Source: an uncultured Clostridia bacterium
GTDB lineage: Bacteria > Bacillota > Clostridia > Christensenellales > UBA1242
Assembly (NCBI GenBank): GCA_934772445.1
Contig: CAKVMJ010000003.1
Span: 1,672 to 65,671, forward strand
DNA: 64,000 nucleotides
Reading direction: 5' to 3'
A model generated the notes under the pieces. The model was not told the origin of the DNA, searched no databases, and saw only the letters and a list, made by a program, of their open reading frames with translations. Of this stretch, positions 36,319-47,000 are shown piece by piece. The translations under genes and the position numbers were made by a program. Positions within the stretch are counted from its first letter, which is position 1, and each line of letters opens with the position of its first letter.

Positions 36319-37002
36319 CTAACCTCTGTAATCTAATTTGATACCAGGGCCCATTGTTGATGACAATGTTACACTCTTGATATAAGTTCCTTTTGCAGCA
36401 GCTGGTTTAGCTCTTACAATTGCTTCCATTAATGTATTTAAGTTTTCAGCAATTTTTTCTGCTCCAAATGAAACTTTACCAATTCTTACATGAATGATAT
36501 TATTTTTATCTAGTCTGTATTCAACTTTACCAGCTTTAATATCATTTAAAGCTTTTTTAACATCAGTTGTAACAGTACCGCTCTTTGGGCTTGGCATTAA
36601 ACCTTTTGGTCCTAAAATTTTAGCAACTCTACCAAGTTGAGCCATCATATCTGGAGTTGTAACGCAAGCATCGAAATCTGTCCAACCGCCTTGGATTTTA
36701 GCAATCATATCTTCTGCGCCAACGAAATCTGCACCATTTGCTGTTGCAATATCTGCGTTTTCGCCTTTAGCAATTACTAAAACTCTAACAGTTTTACCAG
36801 TTCCGTTTGGAAGAACTACAACACCTCTAACTTGTTGGTCAGCATTTCTACCATCAACGCCAAGTCTTATGTGAAGTTCCATTGTTTCATCAAACTTTGC
36901 ATTTGCTGTTTTAAGGGCAAGTTGAATACCCTCGTTTGTTTCGTAAAGTTTTGTTCTATCAACAAGTTCAGCACTTGCTGTATATCTTTTACCTTTCTTC
37001 AT
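36319..37002 (-). CDS. rplA: 50S ribosomal protein L1
   Basis: 227 aa. KKGKRY...[13 protein letters not shown]...[20 protein letters not shown]. Confidence 0.95.
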   Translation of the reverse strand: MKKGKRYTASAELVDRTKLYETNEGIQLALKTANAKFDETMELHIRLGVDGRNADQQVRGVVVLPNGTGKTVRVLVIAKGENADIATANGADFVGAEDMIAKIQGGWTDFDACVTTPDMMAQLGRVAKILGPKGLMPSPKSGTVTTDVKKALNDIKAGKVEYRLDKNNIIHVRIGKVSFGAEKIAENLNTLMEAIVRAKPAAAKGTYIKSVTLSSTMGPGIKLDYRG

Positions 37003-37051
37003 AATTTTCTTTTCCTTTTGTGGTATTCTCGAATAAAATTAAATAGATTTT

Positions 37052-37489
37052 TTATTCTCCCACTTCTTCTACGGTAACACCCATACTTCTGCAAGTACCT
37101 TCAATCATACTCATTGCACTTTCTAAGCTTGCAGCATTTAAGTCAGGCATTTTCAATTCAGCGATTTCTTTAACTTGTGCTTTTGTAATTTTAGCAACTT
37201 TATTTTTAATTGAATTTGCAGAACCGCTTTCGATTTTGCAAGCTTTCTTAATTAAAACAGCTGCTGGTGGAGTTTTTAGCACAAATGTGAAAGATCTATC
37301 CTGATATATTGTAATAACAACTGGAATAATCATTCCTTCTTGTCCAGAAGTTTTTTCATTAAATTCCTTTGTGAAAGCTGGAATATTAATTCCGTGAGGA
37401 CCTAATGAAGAACCTACTGGAGGACCTGCTGTTGCCTTACCTGCTGGTAGTTGTAATTTAACAACTGCGTTTATCTTTTTCTCTGCCAT
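37052..37489 (-). CDS. rplK: 50S ribosomal protein L11
   Basis: [36 protein letters not shown]... The start is ATG 37489 with a GGAGGA RBS; the track start is 10 codons too far upstream. Confidence 0.95.
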   Translation of the reverse strand: MAEKKINAVVKLQLPAGKATAGPPVGSSLGPHGINIPAFTKEFNEKTSGQEGMIIPVVITIYQDRSFTFVLKTPPAAVLIKKACKIESGSANSIKNKVAKITKAQVKEIAELKMPDLNAASLESAMSMIEGTCRSMGVTVEEVGE

Positions 37490-37690
37490 ATTTTTCCTCC
37501 TGCCTTTAAACCAAGGCATTTTGTGGTGTAAACAAAATGCATATAAGATTTACATTTCTCCCACGATTAGCAAAATGCTATATATTGAACTAGTTTTAAA
37601 CTAGGCTCAATCAAAAATCAAATTTGCCTGCAATTTTCATTGCAAACTATAGTATATTAGCAAATTTCTAAACAAATTACAATAGAATTT

Positions 37691-38401
37691 TTAATTTATT
37701 TTCTTAATTTGCTCTAAAGTTAGATCAACTGGTGTTTCTCTACCAAACATTTCAACCATAACTCTGCATTTATTGGCTTCGGTATCAATTCCAACAATTT
37801 CTCCCTCAAAACCAAATAATGCACCTTCCAACACTTCAACTTTATCGCCAACCGATAAATCTGTATTGATAACTGCAACTTTTTCAAGTCTTAGCTTTTT
37901 AATTTCATCAGGACCTAAAGGTAGTGGCCTACCCTTTGGACCAACGAAACCTGTAATTCCTCTAGTTCTTGTAACTGCGTGCCAAATATCATCACCATAA
38001 ATCATTTTAACGATAATATAACCCGGCATTAATTTTCTTTGAACGATTTTTCTTTTTCCGTTCTTTTCCTCAACGCAATCTTCCATAGGAATAAGAATAT
38101 CAAAAATTCTTTCGTGCAAGTTGTATTTATCAGTAACGATTTGTAAATTCTCTTTTGCAACATTTTCATAGCCTGAGAATGTATGCAAAACATACCATTT
38201 TGCTTCTTCTCTTAAAGCTTTTAAATGTTCATCTTCTTCGGTATTTTCTGAAACTTCATTTGCTTCTGCAGTTTCATTTGTTTGAACTGGTTCACTTACT
38301 TCGTTTTGACCATCATTATTTTCAACAACTGTTTCATTGTTTTCAGCCAAAACATCTTCGGAATTTACGATTTCTTCTATATTGTTATTTTCATCAATCA
38401 T
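37691..38401 (-). CDS. nusG: Transcription termination/antitermination factor NusG with ~65-aa acidic N-terminal extension
   Basis: NGN core KWYVLHTFSGYENVAKENL and KOW VGDKVEVLEGALFGFEGEIVGID, preceded by an E/N/V-rich low-complexity extension. Confidence 0.9.
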   Translation of the reverse strand: MIDENNNIEEIVNSEDVLAENNETVVENNDGQNEVSEPVQTNETAEANEVSENTEEDEHLKALREEAKWYVLHTFSGYENVAKENLQIVTDKYNLHERIFDILIPMEDCVEEKNGKRKIVQRKLMPGYIIVKMIYGDDIWHAVTRTRGITGFVGPKGRPLPLGPDEIKKLRLEKVAVINTDLSVGDKVEVLEGALFGFEGEIVGIDTEANKCRVMVEMFGRETPVDLTLEQIKKIN

Positions 38402-38422
38402 ATTTTCTTCTCCGTTTTATTT

Positions 38423-38851
38423 TTAGCCGATAATTTGGTCATAAATGCCATATTTTAATGCCATATCCAAACCAAATAAAATAAGAGTACAAATTAAAAC
38501 TACTAAGATTACAACGCCAGTTGTTTTAACAACTTTAGAAAACTTAGGCCAAGAAACTTTCTTAAGTTCGCTATTAACTTCTTTAATTTTAGAACCTAAA
38601 GATTTCTTTGGTTGTTTAGCTTTCTTAGCATCTTTCTTTTTATCTTTTTCCTTAGAAGCTTTTTTATCTGCATTTTTATCTACATTTTTATCGTTTGTTG
38701 TTTCATTAGCAGAAACTTCTTCTGCTGGCATATCAGGTATTTCAACCTCAACATCTTCTGCCACTTCAACTTTAGTTTCAACCTCAGTTGCCTTATTAAC
38801 TTGTTGATTTTTTGGCTTTGTGTTTTTGTTTTTCTTTTTATTTTTAGCCAT
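38423..38851 (-). CDS. secE: Preprotein translocase subunit SecE with ~85-aa Lys-rich N-terminal extension
   Basis: C-terminal SecE core ELKKVSWPKFSKVVKTTGVVILVVLICTLILFGLDMAL. The position between rpmG and nusG is the conserved one. Confidence 0.85.
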   Translation of the reverse strand: MAKNKKKNKNTKPKNQQVNKATEVETKVEVAEDVEVEIPDMPAEEVSANETTNDKNVDKNADKKASKEKDKKKDAKKAKQPKKSLGSKIKEVNSELKKVSWPKFSKVVKTTGVVILVVLICTLILFGLDMALKYGIYDQIIG

Positions 38852-38891
38852 TATAAAAACTCCTTAAAATTTATTAGCAATTTAATTAAAA

Positions 38892-39041
38892 CTATTTAGT
38901 TTCTTTATGCATAGTGTGCTTTTTGCAAGCTGGGCAGAATTTTTTAAATTCAACTCTTTCTGGATTGTTTTTCTTATTTTTTTCACTAGCATAATTTCTA
39001 TTTTTGCATTCAGTACATTCCAAAATAATATTTTCTCTCAT
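38892..39041 (-). CDS. rpmG: 50S ribosomal protein L33
   Basis: Not in the track (49 aa). My translation is [49 protein letters not shown], with the two CxxC pairs of zinc-ribbon L33. AGGAGA RBS. Conserved position upstream of secE. Confidence 0.9.
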   Translation of the reverse strand: MRENIILECTECKNRNYASEKNKKNNPERVEFKKFCPACKKHTMHKETK

Positions 39042-39164
39042 CTTTTTTCTCCTAAAAAACTTTACTATTTAAAACCGCAAATCTTTCTAACAAATTAAAA
39101 ATTCGTTATTCATAAAAAAAAGAGCCAAAACTCTTAAAAAATGTTAGTTTTAAATTCTGATTAG

Positions 39165-39193
39165 ATTATACCATAACAATTTTTAATTGTAAA
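39165..39193 (-). promoter_or_regulatory. Sigma-A promoter of rpmG-secE-nusG
   Basis: Minus strand reads TTTACA, 17-nt spacer, TATAAT with extended TGG. Confidence 0.55.
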
Positions 39194-39269
39194 CCCTTTT
39201 TTATAACTTTTTTATTTAAACCTAAAGTATTTTAAATTGAGCTTCAAATTTCATCAAAAAAATTGAGAA

Positions 39270-39770
39270 TTATTTATTTTTTTGGTTAATTTTCTTTCTA
39301 TGTACCTTTTTTAGCAAACCTTCAGTATCTAAATATTCTGGTTTTATAAAAACCTTTTCTTTCCAAACAAAAATATCAAATGTTCTTAGTTCTTTTAATT
39401 CATTTGCTTGGTTTTTTGTAAAATTTGATTGAGTCCAAGCCGATTTTTTCTTATTATCTTTATCTAAATAATTTACTTTTATTTTATATCCCCTATATAA
39501 TAAGTTTTTTAATTCTTCCATATCTTCAAATCTAGCATTTACAAATATATCATTTTTTATAGCTTTCTTTTCATCAACATAATATTTAATCTCTTGAATT
39601 AAGCAAAACAATGGCAAAATAGCTAACAATGGTATTAAATATAAAATAACATCATATCCATTCTTTACCATACCAATCTTTCCATAGATTTCAAATCCAA
39701 TTAGCATAGCTTCTATCAATAAAATAAACGCAATAAAAATACTATAATAAGCAATTCTTAATTTTCTCAT
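39270..39770 (-). CDS. Membrane protein, DUF3592-like
   Basis: 166 aa. Two N-terminal TMs, then a beta-rich soluble domain. Same layout as its neighbour and as 8378..8893. Confidence 0.5.
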   Translation of the reverse strand: MRKLRIAYYSIFIAFILLIEAMLIGFEIYGKIGMVKNGYDVILYLIPLLAILPLFCLIQEIKYYVDEKKAIKNDIFVNARFEDMEELKNLLYRGYKIKVNYLDKDNKKKSAWTQSNFTKNQANELKELRTFDIFVWKEKVFIKPEYLDTEGLLKKVHRKKINQKNK

Positions 39771-39779
39771 AATATCCCC

Positions 39780-40265
39780 CTAAAATTCTATTTTCTCATA
39801 AACCAATATAGCCATTTTTTCATCTAACTTATATAAAACAAAACTTCCCATATTCTCAATACTTCTAGCTTGTTCGCTATCAAATAAAGCCCTTGTTTCC
39901 AAGATTATAGTTTCGCCATTATCGTTTTCAAAACTATATTGTATTTTATATCTTGTATTAACAAAACTTGTATCCAAACTCTTATTAAATCTATATGCAG
40001 ATTTTTTGTTTAAATAAATACCTTGCACTTTATCATCTTTTCTTAATGCTTTCCTCTCTAGCGAATAATCGCTAAACGCATTTATGAATAAGATTATTTG
40101 AATAATTAAGATAAATGCAATAATAAGCATAATTGCTATATAAAGTGGGTTTTTAATTTTAAATATTAGCATTGATGCAATACCTATAATAAATAACAAG
40201 CCCATAATAACTAACCATAGCAATTTCTCAATAAATAAACTTTTTCTCATCTTCTCACCTTTCAA
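39780..40265 (-). CDS. Membrane protein, DUF3592-like
   Basis: 161 aa. Two N-terminal TMs, then RKDDKVQGIYLNKK...RYKIQYSFENDNGETIILETR. Confidence 0.5.
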   Translation of the reverse strand: MKGEKMRKSLFIEKLLWLVIMGLLFIIGIASMLIFKIKNPLYIAIMLIIAFILIIQIILFINAFSDYSLERKALRKDDKVQGIYLNKKSAYRFNKSLDTSFVNTRYKIQYSFENDNGETIILETRALFDSEQARSIENMGSFVLYKLDEKMAILVYEKIEF

Positions 40266-40410
40266 TTATTTTAACATAAAATATTGAATATAAAAAACAA
40301 ATAAAGCAATAATGTTTTTATTATTTAACTTTAGTTAAATCTTATAAAATAGTTTGGTAAAAACAAAAATTAAGTTATAATAAATAAAAGTTTAATAGTA
40401 GGAGAAATTT

Positions 40411-40977
40411 ATGATAATTACAATCTCAGGCAAAGCAGCATCGGGCAAAACTACTCTTGCCTACAAAATAAAAGATAACTTTAAAAATGTGGAAGTAATT
40501 AGCCTTGATGAAACAAATAGCTATTTAATGTCTAATGATGCAAGTGTTAAAGAATTCGCTTTAAAACTTTTTGGAGAAGAAGTTTTTGAAGGTGAAGATA
40601 TTATTAAAGCAAGAGTTGCAAGAAAAATTTATAACGATGAAAGCCTTTATAACGCTTGGTGTTCGTTTATGAAAACAAGATGCGAAAAAGTGGTTTTAGA
40701 ACAAATAGATAAGAAACCTAATAAAATATATATAATCGAGCATATTCTTGCCAACGAAACTAAATTCTCAAGCCTTGCAGATTATAAAATCTTAGTTATT
40801 GCAGATGAGCAAGAGAGAATATTCAGAGTTATAAATAGAGATGATTTAACAATTGAACAATTGCAATTAAGAGAAAGATTTTTAAAGGTTTATAACCTTA
40901 ATGAATTTAACCTTATTTATGATGGCAAAGACCCAAGTGTTGTAATAGATAATTTAATGAATGTTATTCCACAATAA
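40411..40977 (+). CDS. P-loop nucleotide kinase, dephospho-CoA-kinase-like
   Basis: 188 aa. N-terminal P-loop MIITISGKAASGKTTLA. Overall spacing (LDE..., FGEEVF, IIEH, RVINRD) resembles CoaE, but the assignment is tentative. Confidence 0.45.
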   Translation: MIITISGKAASGKTTLAYKIKDNFKNVEVISLDETNSYLMSNDASVKEFALKLFGEEVFEGEDIIKARVARKIYNDESLYNAWCSFMKTRCEKVVLEQIDKKPNKIYIIEHILANETKFSSLADYKILVIADEQERIFRVINRDDLTIEQLQLRERFLKVYNLNEFNLIYDGKDPSVVIDNLMNVIPQ

Positions 40978-41010
40978 TTACCCACATAAAGGCATAAATT
41001 GTGGATAAAC

Positions 41011-41050
41011 AAAAAACAAAAGCATAAGAAAACTTATGCTTTTATTTTTT
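41011..41050. terminator. Bidirectional terminator between convergent genes
   Basis: AAGCATAAG-AAAA-CTTATGCTT 9-bp stem flanked by an A run and a T run. Confidence 0.8.
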
Positions 41051-44000
41051 AGAATTTATAAAGAACTAATTCAAACATTGGAGTTGTTTCATCATCTGCA
41101 TTTACAAAACTATCGTATTTCCATTGATGATTATTATAGAAACTAATTAATGTTGTAGAATTTCCATTACTATAAACATAATCGAAAGTTGCTAAATTAA
41201 CATCATTTTTACCCTCAATATTTTTATTATCCTTACCACCAAACAATCTAACATCTTTAAATGAATTGTTTGTGCTATTACCAGCCATACTTTGACTAAT
41301 TACTTCTTTACTCTTAAATTCAAATAAGTTTGTTGAATTTGCGATTTGAGCCTTACCTATCAACGCACCAGAGTTAGTTGTTTCAACTGTAACACTACCA
41401 ATATTTTGAATGTTTTTAACTTCTGTTACGCCATAATAGAACCATTTAAACGAACCAGCTTCTTGCTTTCTTTCGCCATAGATTTCTAAGTAACCAAGTA
41501 AGCCACCAATATTATTTAGAGTAACTTCTTCTTCATTTATAATATCGCCAAAGTTTTTAGCCACATTCAACTTACCTCTAAGCGAACCAAATAATCCGCC
41601 AACATAAGATGCATCGCCTAATAATGAGATACTTGCATAATTTGCCACAACTTCGTTTATAGAAACTGCATCACCTGCAATACCTCCCACAAACTCTCTT
41701 GCAGTAATATTTCCATTATTAACCAAATATTTTAACCCATTATTTTCATAATTGAAATCTGCATTGAAATTATCATTATTAGTTTGAGATACCACGCCAT
41801 CAGTTTCAACAGATATTGTTTCAAAATAATCATTTGAACTTGCTGTGTGGTTTAATTTACCAATTATACCACCAACATTTGCGTAACCTTCAACATTTCC
41901 CATATTTCTTAGGTAGTAAACCGATTTATCAACTTGTTTACCAACAATGCTTGTTTTCATACCAAATCCGATAAATCCACCAACATAATTATTACCTTTA
42001 ATATTACCCTTATTTAGAGTTTGATAATAATTATTGATTATGATTTCACCACTAATATAATAAAGTCCTGTTGCATCATCAACTAAATAATTATTGTTTT
42101 CATCTTTTTCAAAATCGTTATATCCTGAATCTGTTTCTTTTGAATATGTGTTTCCACTTAAAGTTAAGTTTTCAACATAACCAAATAATCCGCCAACATA
42201 ATTTAAGCCAGTTACATTTCTTGAATTTAGAATATCAACTGCTTGAACATTATTTGCAATCATCACACCAGCCATACCACCAACAAAACTATAATTATTA
42301 GCAGTGATTAAACCAGAATTTGTGATGTTATTTAATTCAACAACTGATTGGCTACCGCTAGAGTAAAGTTTTTGAGTGAAATTACCAGTAATTTCATTTG
42401 CAATTATTTCAGTTCCAACGAAACCAAATATTCCACCAACATAGCTTGCTAACGAATTAGAAGTTTCAATATCTCCAGCATTAGCTATATTATTTGCAAT
42501 CAAACTATTTGAGCAATCTACAAAACCTATAATTCCACCAGCAAAACTACCTTTTGAGGTTACTTTTGCAATGTTATTTAAGTTTGTAAGTTCGATTGTT
42601 TCAGCTTTGATGCTTGCAACGATTGAACCTGAATAATCGCCATTTGCATTGATTGAACCAGTGTTTGTAATTTCTCCATTTACGCCTTGAATAGTTGAAG
42701 ATTTTGCATCAATGAAACCAATTAAACCAGCAACATAAGTTGAACCAGTAATTCTACCAGTATTTTGACAATTATTTACAACACAACTTACGCCATTATC
42801 ATAACTAGATACAATTTTTCCAGCCAAACCACCAACATAATCTTTACCAGTAACGCTATTATTATTGAAGCAAGCTACAAACTGAACCACCTCAGCAGAT
42901 GAATTTCTTATTGCAATTAATCCGCCAGCAGATTCACTTGCAGTGATTAACCCAGAGTTTTTACTATTACTAATTAAAACTTTTCCATCAACAATTGCAA
43001 CAAATCCACCAACATTTATTCCATTCAAATCGCTTTTATTAATGCAATCTTGAATATCCAAGCTTCCTGTAACATATCCAGCAAGTCCACCAATATTGCC
43101 TGCGGATTTATAGTTAAATTTACCATTGTTTTCACAATTTTTAAATATAACATTTTCAGCTTTACCAATTAATCCACCTATATTTGTAGTTGCAACTAAG
43201 CCTGTTAGAGTTGCATCATTTGTAATATTTTCAATTACGCAATCTCCTGTGGCTATAAATGCAATTATACCAGCAGAATCTTCATCTATAGATGTAACAG
43301 AAACTGAATTTGTACTTGAGAACCCTATGTATCCAATTTTTGAATTTTGAATTGCATAGAATAATCCACCATCTGAAACTGTTAAATTGCTTAGAGTTCG
43401 CTCAACTTTTGTATTTGAAGCTAAGTTATATCCAAATAAGTTACCTTTAAAGATATATGGTTTTTCACCAATTGAAGCCCAAACTTTAGAACTAAAATCT
43501 AAGTCATTTAAGATTCTTACATCAATACCAGCAAAATCATACTCGCCATTATTAACTATTCTTGCAATCCAAGCAAGTTCGCTTGGTTCTTGAATATCCA
43601 CATAACCATTTGTTTTGATTGTTTCAATGAAAGTTTTTTCTTCATCTGTGATAACATTCTCATTATGATACTTATCTTCACCCGGCATTTTAGTACCATA
43701 AATCCAATAATCGAAATAAACTGGGTAACCATTATTTAAACTATTAACCCTACACCAAATCTTACCAAATCTAAATCCGTCAATAGAGTTATCTGTTTTT
43801 AAAGTATCCGAACTTATATTTATAAGTTTGTTATCTCCGCCAACTGTGGCTAGAGAAGAAATTGTATAAATCTTTCCTGCAATTCGAGAGTGGTTTACAT
43901 TCTCACCAGAACTTAAAGCATCAATTTCAGTTGAGATATAGATTACACCATCAACCCAAATATTAAATGAAGTTTCAGCAAATCCAAATAATCCGCCCAC

Positions 44001-47000
44001 ATTCTGCTTACCTTCAATATTTCTAGCATTAATATTTGTTGTTATATCACCATTTGAAATATAGCAATCTGAGAATGATATACCTGAATTAGAACTTCCA
44101 ACAAATCCGCCAGCAGTATTACCATAAGCATAGCCTTCAAATGAACATTGACTTAATATTGGTTGGTCAAAGTTTTTACCAATAATTCCGCCAACAGTTT
44201 CGCCATAAAGCATTACTTTGCTTGTACCATTATATGTTCTTATTTGAACACGAGAATAATTTGATGCGCCATTATTTTGTCCAGCTAATGTACCGGCATA
44301 AGTTTCAGTGCCACCAGCAAGCAAGATACCGCTACTTAAAACTAAATTTGAAATTTTAGCATTTCTAGTATAACCAAATAAACCAATAACTTTTCCGCTA
44401 ACAAATCTACCAGAAACGGATAAATCTGTGGTTACATTAATTCCGCTTATTCTTCTATTGTTTCCAATGAATGTACCATTAAATGGTCTTGCACTTGTTC
44501 CGATTGGTGACCAAATATATCCAGTTAAATCTATATCAGCCATAATTTCAACTTTAGCACCATTTGCCACTGTTCCATTATTCCAATCGCTAGCAAATTT
44601 TGCTAATTGATTAGCATTTATAATTGAATAAGTGCCTGTGGATTTATCATACGCTTCTTGATAATTACTCCATAATTGATTAGTTGTAATTAACCAACGA
44701 AGCTCAACTCTTCCATCTTTATCTAAAGCCCAAGTTTTTTCAAAATCAAATTTTGCTTGGTTTTTACCTGCTTCATATTCATTTAAGAAAGATTTTATAT
44801 CTATATTAGCTATATCCAAAACGCTTACTTTTTCGTTCTTATCGTTTCTATAATCATAAGAAGAACCATAAGCCATATAACTATTATACATTGTTTTTTC
44901 TTGATTAAAGATAGCCTGACTTTCCGTTGTGATACGGCTCTTTATAAACACGCCATTAAAGCTTGTTAGATTATTTACATCGGCTTCACTAATTATACCA
45001 TTATTAACCAATGTTTCCATTCCGCCATCTTTTAATCCTATTACAACACTTAAACAATCTAAGCTTACATTCTTTGCACCACTTTGAGTGAATGTTGATG
45101 ATAAATAAATTGTTTTATTTTCTAGGCTTAAATCTTCTGGCAATACTGTACCGCCATATCTAATAGCCGAATATTTATCTTTGTCATCACCTGTTAGCAA
45201 TGTTATATCTGTTGTAATCTTAACATTTTGATTATTTCTATTACCTAGCTGAATTTCTGTTAGAGTATCTTTAATCGTTGGAAACCTCATATTTGTTGTT
45301 CCAACACTACCCTTAACCCATTCAGCATTTTCTGTTCCACCTAACTTTAAGCTATTCAAACTGCCTTCAGTAAATTCTTTATAACCTTTTGCAAGTCCAT
45401 AGCCATTATGATTTGGAATGAAATCGTAAACATAGCAAATATTATTGAATAAACCATCTTTACGAACTTCGTTTCTTTTATATTCACCAATAATACCGCC
45501 AACTTTCTCTTCTTTCTTTAATATACCAATCTTACTTAATGAATAACTGCTTGATATATTAATTCCATCACCGATAACATCACCCATAGTTTCGCTTACT
45601 AATCCAATTAATCCGCCAACAGTATTATAACTAATACCATTAGATTCTTTTGCTTTAATTGAACCAGCAGAATATGTTACTAAGAATATATCTGTGGCTA
45701 AATTATTAGATTTAATATAACCAACAAGTCCACCAATATTATTTCCATAACCATCTTCAGTTTTAATATTTAAATTGCTTACAGATTTTTGAATTATAAT
45801 ACCGATATTCTTATCAACTGCATCACCTGCAGCATCAAAGCTTTCAAACTTACCAACAAGTCCGCCAATATTTGAATTGTTTGCCTTATTTAAGACAACA
45901 TCTCCACAAGCAGAACCACTATTGAATATCCTAACCGACCTACCATAACCGATTAGGCCACCAATATTAGTTTCATCAACATTTGTTCCTTCAATATTAA
46001 CGCTTGCAACACCATTTATAAATATTGCACATTCAGTTTTACCAACAAGTCCACCAATTGTGGCATTGGATTTATCTCCATTCAATACAATATTACCAAC
46101 GGCATTTGCGATAATCGGAATTTCATCTTCATCTTCACATTGAACATAACCAGCAACTAATCCTACATTCACACTAGCATTTGAAATTATAAAGCTCTTA
46201 GCTATTCCATTTGCAAAACTAATCTGACAATTTTCAACCCTGCTCTTATTACCAGTTAGGCTACCAACTAGTCCACCAGCATTTAACGCACTTGTTGCTA
46301 TATCATCAATAATACTTAGATTTAAATTCGTAAACTTTGTGTTATTTGCTTGGTTTACCAAAACACCAAAGTTATCTCCGCCCGCACTTATTATCTTTCC
46401 GCTAGCTGTTTCTATATTGAAATCTTTAAATGTTGCACCATCAGCACATTCAAATATAGAAGCTCTCACATTTAGAATTGTACTATCGTTATATGATTTA
46501 ATAACACCTGTGAATGGATTATTGATTGAGTTTAATGGGTTCCAACTCTCTCTATAATTATCCATATCAATATCGTTTAATAAAACATAAGTTTTGCTTG
46601 GATAGTTTGCTGTATTATTTACTAAATCATAAATAGTTTGAACATAAATTACATCTTCATAAACCTTAGTTCTAACTCTTGGGAACACATAAGTTTCGTT
46701 TTCCGACCTAGTACCTGTGGTCTCACTCATACTAACACCAAACCAAGTATCTTGTCGCCAGTTATCATAAATATTTTGAGGTCTTGAATTTTTACCATTA
46801 TAAGAGAATTGTAATGTTACCTCTCTTTCATCACCAGTTTTGGTTGTATCTAATAAAATCTTTGTTAGGTCGTATTCGCCTAATTCTGATTCGCCATAGT
46901 TTCTTACAATATAATGATTATCTATTGCATTACCTTTAATATATTCTGCATCATAAATTCTAGCAGTTAAACCATCGGTTTTTGTTTCATTAATCATATA

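Noticed and set aside
38445-39098. Plus-strand ORFs 38445..38807, 38612..38899 and 38907..39098
   Set aside because: They are antisense shadows of secE and of rpmG. The minus-strand L33 reading (38892..39041) has an RBS, zinc-ribbon CxxC pairs and conserved synteny.
39113-39135. Hairpin plus U8 in the rpmG leader as a possible attenuator
   Set aside because: The stem is only 5 bp (AAGAG/CTCTT) with a 6-nt loop. That is too weak to call in a genome where A/T runs are everywhere.
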